Shown here in pieces: positions 28,422 to 38,274 of a stretch of 64,000 bases of DNA. Positions within the stretch are counted from its first letter, which is position 1. Each line of letters begins with the position of its first letter. The notes beneath the pieces were generated by a model, which did no database searches, had not been told where the DNA came from, and worked only from the letters and a program-made list of their open reading frames with translations. The position numbers and the translations under genes were made by a program. Source of the DNA: Promethearchaeota archaeon (lineage in GTDB: Archaea; Asgardarchaeota; Hermodarchaeia; Hermodarchaeales; Hermodarchaeaceae); NCBI GenBank assembly GCA_048938385.1, contig JBHLMG010000001.1, positions 32,001 through 96,000 on the forward strand. Reading direction: 5' to 3'.

Positions 28422-28871
28422 ATGGCACAAAGCACCGGGGCTCGGTACTTCTTCAAAGAACTAGCCTCTTTAATCGGCGCTACCGTCCTTGTAAGTACTA
28501 ATACCGGAAAGACTCTCACAGGTAAGATGAGAGGCTACGATCCCACTACATTAAGTGTTGTCTTGTCTGATGCACAGGATAACAAGGGAACCATATATCA
28601 TCGAATTGTTGTTACTGGACATACAATTTTAGAATTGGTTAAAACGGAAGATCCGTTTGACTTGAAAGGGTTAGCCGAGCAATTAGAAACCCTTTTTCCG
28701 CCTGGTGAAGTTCGATTTCTTGAGGATGCACGCGTTATCGTGGTCTTAAATAAAGTTCGAGTTACTGAACAAGGAGTAGAAGGAACAGGACCCCTCGCAG
28801 ATCGAATACGGAAAGTGTACGCCCGTTTTGTCGAAGAACAAAAGGAGAAGAGCGAGGAAACGTCCTCTTGA
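28422..28871 (+). CDS. Sm-like protein with C-terminal extension (SmAP3 type)
   Basis: Sm1 motif GKTLTGKMRGYD...VVLSDA plus a C-terminal domain; GGAGG SD. Confidence 0.82.
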   Translation: MAQSTGARYFFKELASLIGATVLVSTNTGKTLTGKMRGYDPTTLSVVLSDAQDNKGTIYHRIVVTGHTILELVKTEDPFDLKGLAEQLETLFPPGEVRFLEDARVIVVLNKVRVTEQGVEGTGPLADRIRKVYARFVEEQKEKSEETSS

Positions 28872-28887
28872 ACACCTTATCTTTGCT

Positions 28888-30483
28888 ATGATCGAGATTC
28901 TGCATAAAGACTTGCTTGCGCGTATAGCTAGATTTCAAACCAAGACAAGCACAATTGAAACGCCTGCGTTCGTTCCGGTAGTTCATCCTATTAAGGAATT
29001 AATTTCACCCCGAAGGATGCATGATGAATTTAACTGCAAAATTATCATCACGAATGCATATCTACTTTCAAAAGCTGGAAAAGAAGAACCGATTCATGCA
29101 TTGCTAGATTATCCAGGCACTATCATGACTGACTCCGGTGCTTATCAGCTTCTTATTTACGGGGGGGTTGATACAACACCAACTCAGATTATCGAATACC
29201 AAGAGAAAATTGAATCTGATATAGCTGTTATCTTAGATGTTCCTACAGGAGGTTATGCTTCATACTCTAAGGCTCAAGATACGGTCAATGAAACCTTACG
29301 AAGGGCCAAAGAATCAGTTTCACACCGGACAAAATCTGATATCTTATGGGTAGGACCAATACAGGGTGGAATTTACCCCGATTTAGTTGAGAATGCAGCC
29401 CAAGAAATTACCAAACTAGATTTTCCTCTTGTCGCCATAGGAAGCCCAACGCAGCTAATGGAACAGTACCATTTTGATAAACTCATTGATCTCATAATGG
29501 CTGCAAAAAGTAACATACCTACGAACAAACCAGTACATCTTTTTGGAGCAGGTCATCCACTCATCTTCCCATTGATTGTCGCTTTAGGATGTGATCTATT
29601 CGATTCTGCTGCTTACGCGTTATTCGCTCAACATGATCGAATACTTTCTCCAGAAGGCACCTATCGGTTGCAGGATCTTCGTGAACAATTCTGTTTCTGC
29701 CCCGTTTGTAGAAAATACACAATTCGTGAAGTTAAACAACTTCCCAAGCAGGAACGCATTCAAGCCCTTGCTGAACATAATTTGTGGGTCTGCCAACACG
29801 AAATCAATCGAGTCAAACAAGCCATTCGTGAAGGCCGACTTTGGCGGCTTATTGAAATTCGTCTAAATAGTCATCCAGCGTTAATTGATGCCATGCACAC
29901 GATGGTAAAATATCATCAAAACATTGAGCGCTCTTCTCCGATAACTAAAAAACGCGCAATTTTCATAACTAGTCGTTGGTCCCTCTTTCAACCTGAAATA
30001 GTGCGACATACGCTTCGTATGCGTTCTTATACGCCACCTCCATCAAAACACGACGCGTTATTACTATTTTCGGCTCCACAGACACGTCCTCATCACACGG
30101 CCAAAGAATTTGAACGGTTTGTTAAACTATTTCATGAAAGCTCTCAAAGAAAACAACGCCATTTTGACATAATCTTCATCTCGCCCTTTTTCGGGTTAGT
30201 TCCATATGAACTAAGTACTATCTATCCGCTCGCTCAAAACGAACTCCCCCAGGAAGCGATAACAGAAAATCAAATTCTAGTAATTAGAGAGCTGGAGCAA
30301 TATATTAAACGAAATCAACAATACAATCGACTTTTTGGGATTTTTGAATCAACGGACTACTGGCAGAAGTTTACCCGCCTCTGTGAGCAATTACTAAAAA
30401 AATCAAAGAAACCTATTTCGTTGTTCCATACAGACTTCTCAACTCAAAGCCTGAAACAACTAATTACCAAACTGAGTGAATAA
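28888..30483 (+). CDS. tgtA: Archaeosine tRNA-guanine(15) transglycosylase
   Basis: ETPAFVPV, TNAY, DSGAYQ, QGG, HLFGAGHP, DLFDSAAY, CxCxxC...H zinc site. Confidence 0.93.
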   Translation: MIEILHKDLLARIARFQTKTSTIETPAFVPVVHPIKELISPRRMHDEFNCKIIITNAYLLSKAGKEEPIHALLDYPGTIMTDSGAYQLLIYGGVDTTPTQIIEYQEKIESDIAVILDVPTGGYASYSKAQDTVNETLRRAKESVSHRTKSDILWVGPIQGGIYPDLVENAAQEITKLDFPLVAIGSPTQLMEQYHFDKLIDLIMAAKSNIPTNKPVHLFGAGHPLIFPLIVALGCDLFDSAAYALFAQHDRILSPEGTYRLQDLREQFCFCPVCRKYTIREVKQLPKQERIQALAEHNLWVCQHEINRVKQAIREGRLWRLIEIRLNSHPALIDAMHTMVKYHQNIERSSPITKKRAIFITSRWSLFQPEIVRHTLRMRSYTPPPSKHDALLLFSAPQTRPHHTAKEFERFVKLFHESSQRKQRHFDIIFISPFFGLVPYELSTIYPLAQNELPQEAITENQILVIRELEQYIKRNQQYNRLFGIFESTDYWQKFTRLCEQLLKKSKKPISLFHTDFSTQSLKQLITKLSE

Positions 30484-30521
30484 GCTAGCAATATGCACTT
30501 CACCAGCGACACTATCAGAAA

Positions 30522-30629
30522 TGGTGCCGCGTCGGGGATTTTCATCTGCAGGGTAAACCCCCAAAGAATTTGAACCCCGGTCCTAAGGTCGAGAGCCTCA
30601 GATGATTGACCTGGCTACACTAACGCGGC
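30522..30629 (-). tRNA. tRNA-Glu(CTC) with a 30-nt T-loop intron at 59/60 (30539..30568); CCA encoded
   Basis: GCCGCGT/ACGCGGC acceptor, loop CT-CTC-GA. BHB: TTCA-AA^T-TCT..AGA-TGAA-AA^T. Confidence 0.93.
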
Positions 30630-30780
30630 TTTGAGGAATGTGTCCAAGCATCGGTTTTTTAAACTTTCTACCATGCCTCTTTATAAGCACCTATTCGGTT
30701 TCAAACCTACAAAAGCCTAATAGGCTACAAAAAGAATCACGACCGAATTCAAAATTTACTATACACTGGAGGATAATACG

Positions 30781-30990
30781 GTGGGTAAAGTCAGAACCGT
30801 CCTTGTAAAACGGCTAGCACGAGAGTTAGTAGAGAGATACGCAGATAGTTTTTCAAAGGAATTTGATCATAACAAGGAGCTTGTTGACGAGCTCCTTACA
30901 AATACCACGAAACGACTTCGGAACCGAATCGCTGGTTACATCACGCGTCTAATGGTTCTTCGTGAGCATGAAGATGTAATTATTACATAG
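30781..30990 (+). CDS. rps17e: 30S ribosomal protein S17e
   Basis: MGKVRT..VKR.A...F..NK...KRLRNRIAGYIT. Confidence 0.96.
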   Translation: MGKVRTVLVKRLARELVERYADSFSKEFDHNKELVDELLTNTTKRLRNRIAGYITRLMVLREHEDVIIT

Positions 30991-31007
30991 TCATTTTTGA
31001 CCAAGAC

Positions 31008-31919
31008 ATGAATCGTGGGTGCGATCAGATTCGAAACGAACCTCTGGAGCCTACCTTGATGGGTATCACTATCAAAACTCCAAAGCTAGAAATGGAAATA
31101 AGACTCGTTTCGATTGATTCTCTATACATACACGAAGAAACAATCCCTGATGCGCTCGAACAGCTTAAGCAAGAATTAGGCGCTGAACAAGTTCTTCGGC
31201 ATCCAATGATTGTGGATTCAAAAACCCTTGTTGTTCTTGATGGGATGCATCGGGTTGCTGCATTAAGAGACCTGGGGTGTAGGTTGGCTCCGGTTTGCCT
31301 TGTTGATTATCAAAACGCATCCATTCAACTATTCGCTTGGTACCGTGAATTTGAAGGCAAGTGTCCGCTCCCTGTGTTCGCCAATTCTTTATCAGAGCAA
31401 CTCTCTTTGGAGTTGCGTAAAACTTCTACAGATGATGCAATTGCACTTGTGAATTCTAGAAGTGCTATCGCGGCTCTAGCCTTGGGTAATCAAGCGTTTT
31501 TACTCACAATGTCAAAATACAAACCAATTAAAGAAGTCTATGACCAAATATCTAGGATCGAATCATTCGCTAAACAATCAGGTTATCAGATTCATTATAG
31601 CACTAAATTGGATGCACTCAAGAACATTCGTAACAAAATCCGAACTGGTCTAATAGTCCCTGCCCTCTCCAAGGAAGAAGTGATTGAGTGCGCATTAAAT
31701 CAAGAGCTATTCACACAAAAAGCTACACGCCATGTTGTACCAGCACGACCCCTGTTCGTAAATGTCCCGCTTCCGTGGCTAAAATCCATTGACATTAACA
31801 AAGCAAATCAGAAGCTGGTAGATTATCTGAATAAAAAGCAGATAGTAGAACAAGATCCAGGAATTATCATCAACGGAAGGCGATACGAAGAGCGCGCCTA
31901 CATATTCACAGACCCTTAA
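31008..31919 (+). CDS. ParB/sulfiredoxin-domain protein (SerK/SbnI-like)
   Basis: L..HEE, P.IVD, VLDGMHR..A, and C-terminal K.TRH motif. Confidence 0.7.
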   Translation: MNRGCDQIRNEPLEPTLMGITIKTPKLEMEIRLVSIDSLYIHEETIPDALEQLKQELGAEQVLRHPMIVDSKTLVVLDGMHRVAALRDLGCRLAPVCLVDYQNASIQLFAWYREFEGKCPLPVFANSLSEQLSLELRKTSTDDAIALVNSRSAIAALALGNQAFLLTMSKYKPIKEVYDQISRIESFAKQSGYQIHYSTKLDALKNIRNKIRTGLIVPALSKEEVIECALNQELFTQKATRHVVPARPLFVNVPLPWLKSIDINKANQKLVDYLNKKQIVEQDPGIIINGRRYEERAYIFTDP

Positions 31920-32055
31920 ACGAAATCAGTTCGCCCCGTTGGTCGTACCTCGGTTTTAGTAAAAAAGGACCACAACCCAAAGCTCTGAATTGTCACCCCA
32001 AACTTGAAAATTAACAAGCTTATGTACCATTTCATAACGAAATTTTTGATTGCTG

Positions 32056-33048
32056 ATGTCCTCATCCACAATGCAAGAGCATATCTCAATTCTAATACAT
32101 GGATTGAATAATCGCGGTATCGATTTCGTCGTATCTGATGCGGCACTAGGCTGCTCATTAACTGAGGTATACATTACCCAAGCTCAAGAGCTAATCCTGT
32201 TTCCGCAAAACAGAATCGATACCCCAACTCTTCAATTGATATTAGAGGTTCGGACGCCTCTCAAGGTTCGGTTGACATTCTTTTCTCATGATGTGCCAAG
32301 CTTCAAGGCTAATCTAACGCGCGCAATTTCTGCAGTCCAAGACAATGGCTTAGAAATTCCCAATATTGAAAATACAATTTTTGTCCACGAATTAACTGAG
32401 CACAACATCTATCGGCTACTTGATTCGTTGGAAAATTACGCCACGCTCAGGACCAATGACACCTCGCGTCCTCCTCTTCAGTCAGCATTACCCTCCCAAA
32501 GGGAAAGTGTTGCCCACTCTCCGGCGGCATTAGAAAATTTCCATCTGCACCTCCGAAGGGCAATCAAAACCTATTGGACGGAACGCTACTTCGCAAGATA
32601 CCTCAATACGCCAATAGAAAATATGAAAAAAATCGCTTCAAGATTAGGTATTCAACAAGAAACTTGTGGTCAGGAAACGCTATATTTTTTTGAGAGGGCT
32701 AAAGCCTTGAGAACCTATTTTTCTCACATCATCAAGGGCATCTTGGCTGAACTCAATCTTCAATATCGCGAAACATTAACTCAGGGATTCTATGTCCTTG
32801 ATCTCAAATTAGGGATCTACTTTTTCGATGGAGAAATAGACCAATTGCGAATTTTGGCAGGGGAGTACAAAAACAACCACGAATTAATTATCGTCGTCCC
32901 CGAAGCACTACGAAGAAAGATTGGCCAAATCCAAGAACGCTTCTTCCAAGTTTTACCGCTAAATCAGGATAAAATAAAGACTCTGCTCATTCGGACTATT
33001 CAACAACGAATTCAATACCTTCCTGCCCATTCCTCAGGTATTAAATAA
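32056..33048 (+). CDS. Hypothetical protein
   Basis: About 330-aa ORF with no recognised motif. Confidence 0.55.
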   Translation: MSSSTMQEHISILIHGLNNRGIDFVVSDAALGCSLTEVYITQAQELILFPQNRIDTPTLQLILEVRTPLKVRLTFFSHDVPSFKANLTRAISAVQDNGLEIPNIENTIFVHELTEHNIYRLLDSLENYATLRTNDTSRPPLQSALPSQRESVAHSPAALENFHLHLRRAIKTYWTERYFARYLNTPIENMKKIASRLGIQQETCGQETLYFFERAKALRTYFSHIIKGILAELNLQYRETLTQGFYVLDLKLGIYFFDGEIDQLRILAGEYKNNHELIIVVPEALRRKIGQIQERFFQVLPLNQDKIKTLLIRTIQQRIQYLPAHSSGIK

Positions 33049-33139
33049 CTTGAATGAAGTGTTCTATCAAGAAAGCAAACACTGACATAAAGTTTAAATC
33101 CAATCTTCCGGAAGCCTTAACGCCCTGTAGGGACTTGCC

Positions 33140-33913
33140 ATGATTGAAGTAATTTGGCTCCAAGAAATCAGCGACCTTCGTGCTCCAATAGCACTCGTTG
33201 GTATGCCAGGGATTGCCAGTGTAGGAAAACTTGCTATCGAAGTGTTAATTCGAAGCCTAAATGCTAAACCTTTGGTGCAAGTGCTCTCTGACGACTTTCC
33301 CCCGCATGTAATGATCGATGAACAAGGAATGATGAAAATACCTGAATGCCAAATTTTCCTACATCGATCAAAAAACTTGAAACATGACATTCTCATGGTT
33401 TCAGGAGATTTCCAGCCCTCAACCTCTCAGGGAATATATGAATTTTCAAATCGTATAGCCGAGACTTTCCAGAAATTAAAAGTATCCAAAGTTGTAGCAA
33501 CAGGGGCTTATGTTCCAGGAGAGTATCCTGAAACACCTAAGGTTTTTGTTTCTTCAACGGGCCCTGAATTCCAAGATTTCTTCACTGAGTTAGATTATGT
33601 TGTTCCAATGTCAGATGGAGTAATTAACGGCGCAAACGGGGTGATACCTGCTTGGGCTTATCTAAAATATGGAATTGAGGGAGTCTGTCTACTAGCCGAG
33701 ACTATTCCATTATTAAGATTAGATCCACGCGCATCAAAGTTAATCGTTGAGGTTCTAAATAACCGGTTCAAGATACAGGCAGATGTTTCAGAGCTAGAAC
33801 AAAAAATTGATGAAATGAAGGGAATTTTCGAACAGGTTAGAGATCATCTACTTCAACAGAGAGTACAACAAGAACCTCGGGATGAATCGGAAAGCGCCAG
33901 TTACATAGGATAG
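33140..33913 (+). CDS. PAC2-family proteasome assembly chaperone
   Basis: GMPGIASVGKLA, GDFQP, G.I.GANG, DPRAS, C-terminal YIG. Confidence 0.88.
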   Translation: MIEVIWLQEISDLRAPIALVGMPGIASVGKLAIEVLIRSLNAKPLVQVLSDDFPPHVMIDEQGMMKIPECQIFLHRSKNLKHDILMVSGDFQPSTSQGIYEFSNRIAETFQKLKVSKVVATGAYVPGEYPETPKVFVSSTGPEFQDFFTELDYVVPMSDGVINGANGVIPAWAYLKYGIEGVCLLAETIPLLRLDPRASKLIVEVLNNRFKIQADVSELEQKIDEMKGIFEQVRDHLLQQRVQQEPRDESESASYIG

Positions 33914-33944
33914 CTCCAACCACCTTGTGTTTTGAGGGTAGTTT

Positions 33945-34550
33945 ATGGTCTTGCAATCTAAGCCCGCAAAAATACTACTCGCAGTAGTAGGAATTACAAT
34001 TATACTGATTATTATTGATCTCTTACTCTTTCAATGGGAAAACACAACGGCACTCCTTCAGGGAATTCTAACCGCGTTTTCAGTCAACCCAATGTTGAGT
34101 TATGGTGTAGTCATTTTTGTGGGTGGGCTCGGATTTGTTATCGCTAGTTCTCTTTTCTATCGTCGAAGACGCTTTAAGAGTAGTCTACGACATGAATTAG
34201 CTGAAGCCGAACGAATTACACTTCTTGATTTAGCTCAACAATTAGAAGTAACGCCAGCGAGAATTGAAGTTGAACTGAATCGCATGGCAAGTTCAAAAGT
34301 GACGAAGTTTCCTGGGTTATTTATGATTTCACAAGGAAAACATGTCTACCTCGGTCAAAAACTACTAGATCGAATTGTTGATTCTTACAACGATGGTGAA
34401 TCACGAGGTGATATCGCAAGCGCAAACCAGATCAGTCGCGTTGAATTAGACAAAGCGATTGCTCAACTCGTTGATTCTGGGCTAATAGAAGAGCGGGAAG
34501 AAAAAATCACAAGGAAAGTTCGTCCAAGTTATCGTCGCGGAAGTAGGTGA
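33945..34550 (+). CDS. Membrane-anchored tandem winged-helix (PCI/DDRGK-like) protein
   Basis: Two TMs, RRRR stop-transfer, ITLLDLAQQL...GKHVYL, second wH ending LVDSGLIE. Confidence 0.55.
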   Translation: MVLQSKPAKILLAVVGITIILIIIDLLLFQWENTTALLQGILTAFSVNPMLSYGVVIFVGGLGFVIASSLFYRRRRFKSSLRHELAEAERITLLDLAQQLEVTPARIEVELNRMASSKVTKFPGLFMISQGKHVYLGQKLLDRIVDSYNDGESRGDIASANQISRVELDKAIAQLVDSGLIEEREEKITRKVRPSYRRGSR

Positions 34551-34575
34551 ATAAGCCGTCCCAGAAGGTGGCAGT

Positions 34576-35409
34576 ATGGGTAAATGGGATTCTGCTAGTC
34601 GGCCCCAAACCAAGGAGAAGATACAGTACCATATCGGATTACAACCTGGTGACATCGCGTCTACAGTTTTGTTACCTGGTGATCCAGCTCGTGCGAAGCT
34701 GATTTCTGAGTTATGGCATTCAGCTACGCATATGGCGAGTAAGCGGGGGTATATTACCTACACGGGACTATACGAAAAAATACCCATTTCAACCACTTCC
34801 ACCGGAATCGGATGCCCCGCTGCTGCAATAGCAATTGAAGAACTCGCTTCAATTGGGGCGAAAACCTTCATTCGCGTTGGTAGTTCTGGTGCACTCCTAA
34901 AAGAAATTAGGTGTGGAGACCTAGTAATTTCTACAGGTGCTGTTCGTTACGATGGAACAAGCCATCAATATGTTACCCAACGATATCCTGCTATTGCGCA
35001 CTACCAAGTGGTGCTAGCTCTGATTGAAGCCGCTGAAAATTTGGGATATCGCTATCATGTCGGTGTAACATGTAGCACTGATAGTTTTTACACTGGGCAA
35101 GGCCGTCCTGGTTATAACGGTTTTAAGCAATCCTTCATGGACACCATTATCCCTGATTTACAAGCTGCTCAGGTTTTGAACTTTGAAATGGAATGTGCTA
35201 CCATTTTCACTCTCTCATCCTTGTTCGGGTTACGAAGCGGAGCGGTATGTGCAGTATTCGCTAATCGTGTAACAAACGAATTTTCTACCCTAGGTGAAAA
35301 AGAAGCCAGCAAAACGGCCTGCGAAGCCGCAAAGATTCTTGCTGAATGGGACGAACAGAAAAAAACAGCTAAAAAGCACTACTGGTCTCCAGGTCTAGCT
35401 TTAAAATAA
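34576..35409 (+). CDS. udp: Uridine/nucleoside phosphorylase
   Basis: QYHI, PGDPAR, STGIG.P, RVGS.G, D.FY.GQ.R, FEME. Confidence 0.9.
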   Translation: MGKWDSASRPQTKEKIQYHIGLQPGDIASTVLLPGDPARAKLISELWHSATHMASKRGYITYTGLYEKIPISTTSTGIGCPAAAIAIEELASIGAKTFIRVGSSGALLKEIRCGDLVISTGAVRYDGTSHQYVTQRYPAIAHYQVVLALIEAAENLGYRYHVGVTCSTDSFYTGQGRPGYNGFKQSFMDTIIPDLQAAQVLNFEMECATIFTLSSLFGLRSGAVCAVFANRVTNEFSTLGEKEASKTACEAAKILAEWDEQKKTAKKHYWSPGLALK

Positions 35410-35411
35410 AA

Positions 35412-35570
35412 TGGTAGCCCGGCGCGGATTCGAACCGCGGTCCCGGGGTGACTTCGCTGTTTAACAGTGAACAGCACCAAAGCCCCGGATGAATAGTCAC
35501 GAGTTCCTATGTGGGTAACCCGTTTGACCACTTCATTACCTCAGTAGCGAGGCAACTACACTACCGGGCT
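35412..35570 (-). tRNA. tRNA-Gln(TTG) with three introns: 15/16 (35531..35555, 25 nt), 21/22 (35493..35523, 31 nt), 37/38 (35450..35476, 27 nt); CCA encoded
   Basis: Removing the three inserts gives AGCCCGGTAGTGTAGTGGTCAATCATCCGGGGCTTTGGACCCCGGGACCGCGGTTCGAATCCGCGCCGGGCTACCA, with the A1-U72 pair typical of archaeal tRNA-Gln. Confidence 0.9.
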
Positions 35571-35626
35571 ACGCGATATCTGACTCGAACTTTTTTCGTT
35601 AGTACTTCTTGAGTCTTTCGGCGTGT

Positions 35627-37360
35627 TTATTTTGATAAATCTTCACGTAAGCTAAGAAGGATGCGATCCATTCTAGATACAGCCCTGTCTCGCCGTTTTT
35701 CGATGTCTTTACTTAGCTTCTGATATGCCGCAGCGGTGATCCGTTTTTGGCGATATCTTTGTTCGAGGGCGTGGAGGGCTTCAATTGCACTAACACGCTC
35801 CGCCTCGAGAATTTCGAGTTGTCGACAATTAGATTCGTACTTTCCTCCCGCATCAATTAGGGCTTGTGTTCGTGTAGATAGCTCAGTGTTAAGCGTACGA
35901 AGCTTGCGTTCGAAATTCTTCTTCTCCTTACGATAACGAGGCTTCGAGATTTTTCCTTGAAGCATAGACTGTTCGAGGCGTTCAGTTTGTAAGAGTATAG
36001 CAATTTTTTCGCCGTATAATGAACAAAATTCTCCCAATACTGCCGTATCAATTTCAGCAAGAGGGCTAATAATGTCCTCTTCTTCTCGGAAAATTGGAGT
36101 CCGTCGAAAAGCAGCATAAGCTAGACACATTATTCCAATGACGAGAAAGAGGAGGGTTGGCCTCGCAAGAACTGGCTGGATTGGGTATACATAATAGAAG
36201 GCGATTTCAGCTTGGTGTAAAGATGTAACATTCGAATTATGAAAACGAACTAGATACTGTCCAGTTGGTGAGATAGTTACTTGGGAATCGGTGGGAATTC
36301 CTTGAAGCCAACTGCCAATTGGAAGATGGAATTCGGTAACCTGATTTTGAATAAACCACGGATCTCCAGAAAATAGATTGAAATGGAAAAATAAACCAGT
36401 CTGTAAAACTTGTTGGTGATAATCCAGCGGAATTCGGTACTCGACAAAAAACTGGTACACATCGCCTTCTTGAAGATGGTATTGCAGTCCGACTCTAAGC
36501 GTTCCTGGATGGGTTGCATTAGTGGGGGTTGCAATCTGGCTGGTGAGATTAGACACGCTATCAAAGACCCTTAGAAATTCACTCCCTGGGGGAAGGGTTA
36601 CTGAGATATCTGTCCACCGGCGATTGGGAGTTGAGGAGAAAAGAGGATTAGGACTATCAACCCGAAATGTATGGACTTCATGAGCGAAGATATAGCCCCA
36701 CCCATCTAGAGATAAAACGCGCTTCAATTCTAAATAAGTGATTACGGGTAAAAAGGAACTACTGGCATGATTAAGAATTACGGTCCGTTCCTCAAAGTAA
36801 TAGGGGTGAATGTTGGTCCCTGTCCATAAATCCTGTGTAGGCGAAGTAACAGCACGATGGTGAGTAAAGGTAGTCGAGAAGCTTTTGATGAAATATGGAC
36901 TAGTTGGGAAGGGAGAGAAGGTCACACTGGCAGTGAGTGTATCTTGGACTGTTAATCCTGCCAAAGCCATCGATGCAACGAAAGAAACATTATGGTCGGG
37001 CATTAAAGGTTCTGGTAGAAAGATTCGCCAACCAGTACAATTTGGACCAATTAACGGTACTCTCTGAAAGAATAGGCTATTCTCATCTACGGTTTCAACA
37101 TGGAATTCTTTGACGCTCTCTATCGCAGAAAGGGGATAAGCTACCAACAGATGGAAAGCTGGGCTTGTAGTAGGATTGAACACTGTAATTGTATCTGTGA
37201 TAATGAGCATTCCATACTGCTGAAGATCTGCATTGCGTTGAAAATCTGTGATTACCAGTTGTGATTGATCCGCAGATGCCGTTGGAACAACTGCATAAAT
37301 CACTGGTAAACAGATCAACATGAGTAAGAGTAGGACCCGAGCCTTCACGAAGACACACAC
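35627..37360 (-). CDS. Ribophorin I (OST1/RPN1)-like oligosaccharyltransferase subunit
   Basis: Signal peptide, LKRVLSLDGWG (cf. R.IEVSHWG), LPPG...D...L, single TM, cytosolic coiled-coil C-terminus. Confidence 0.75.
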   Translation of the reverse strand: MCVFVKARVLLLLMLICLPVIYAVVPTASADQSQLVITDFQRNADLQQYGMLIITDTITVFNPTTSPAFHLLVAYPLSAIESVKEFHVETVDENSLFFQRVPLIGPNCTGWRIFLPEPLMPDHNVSFVASMALAGLTVQDTLTASVTFSPFPTSPYFIKSFSTTFTHHRAVTSPTQDLWTGTNIHPYYFEERTVILNHASSSFLPVITYLELKRVLSLDGWGYIFAHEVHTFRVDSPNPLFSSTPNRRWTDISVTLPPGSEFLRVFDSVSNLTSQIATPTNATHPGTLRVGLQYHLQEGDVYQFFVEYRIPLDYHQQVLQTGLFFHFNLFSGDPWFIQNQVTEFHLPIGSWLQGIPTDSQVTISPTGQYLVRFHNSNVTSLHQAEIAFYYVYPIQPVLARPTLLFLVIGIMCLAYAAFRRTPIFREEEDIISPLAEIDTAVLGEFCSLYGEKIAILLQTERLEQSMLQGKISKPRYRKEKKNFERKLRTLNTELSTRTQALIDAGGKYESNCRQLEILEAERVSAIEALHALEQRYRQKRITAAAYQKLSKDIEKRRDRAVSRMDRILLSLREDLSK

Positions 37361-37500
37361 CGTTTCCGGGTTTCGTGATGTCGATTCTTTTCGCGTATTT
37401 AAGCGTTCTCTTAATTACAATACACGAAGCAATAATCTTCAACCCCAGCTCTCTCATGCTTAAAGAGTAAATAAATAATCTAAGGCATGCACTGTTATTG

Positions 37501-38274
37501 CTACTCTAATGGGATTTTCCAAGAATCCGGCACCGTTGCGTATACCTGAGCGGGCACACCATAGACAATAGTTTTTGGAGGTACATCCTTTGTAACGACG
37601 GCTCCTGCCCCCACAACGGATTCAGCTCCAATTTCTACAGATGGTAGGATCACTGCACCTGCACCAATGCTGGCTCCCTTTCGAATAATGGGACCATGTA
37701 ATTCATATGGCGCCCTCATGGCGTATTTGTCATTGGTTAAAATGCAATGAGGCCCTAGGAAGACATTATCCTCAATGTGCGTACGCCAAGGGATGTATAC
37801 GTTTGTTTGGATTGATACCTTTGATCCAATCACCGAGTTTCCATCAATAGTAGCACTTGTTCCTATCATCGAGTCATTTCCGATTTTAACCTGCTCGCGT
37901 ATCAATACATTATGACCAATACGAACATTATCTCCCAGTACTATACCGGCGTATAATACCGATCCTGGTCGGACAATGCACTGGTTACCGATTTCAGTCT
38001 TTTCCGTATTCTGCCAAGGAACATCAATCTCCCCGCTTTGAAACTGAAAAATCTGCTGTTGATTAGGAAAACCCACAATCACTCTTTCACCAATAAAGAC
38101 CTGATTCCCTATCTTCGCTGGTCCCTGAATTTTACAACTAGCACCAAAAAAACAACGAGTCCCCGTTTGCACCCTACCGCGCAACACGGCAAAGGCTTCA
38201 ACAACACATCCTTCACCGAGACGAACTTCATCTTCAATTACAGAATTCTGTTGACTCTCTGATTCCCCCACCAA
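37501..38274 (-). CDS. Hexapeptide-repeat N-acetyltransferase (WbpD-like)
   Basis: Left-handed beta-helix repeats, FLGP....TND, IGAGA, GAGAVVTKDVP...GVPA. Confidence 0.88.
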   Translation of the reverse strand: MVGESESQQNSVIEDEVRLGEGCVVEAFAVLRGRVQTGTRCFFGASCKIQGPAKIGNQVFIGERVIVGFPNQQQIFQFQSGEIDVPWQNTEKTEIGNQCIVRPGSVLYAGIVLGDNVRIGHNVLIREQVKIGNDSMIGTSATIDGNSVIGSKVSIQTNVYIPWRTHIEDNVFLGPHCILTNDKYAMRAPYELHGPIIRKGASIGAGAVILPSVEIGAESVVGAGAVVTKDVPPKTIVYGVPAQVYATVPDSWKIPLE

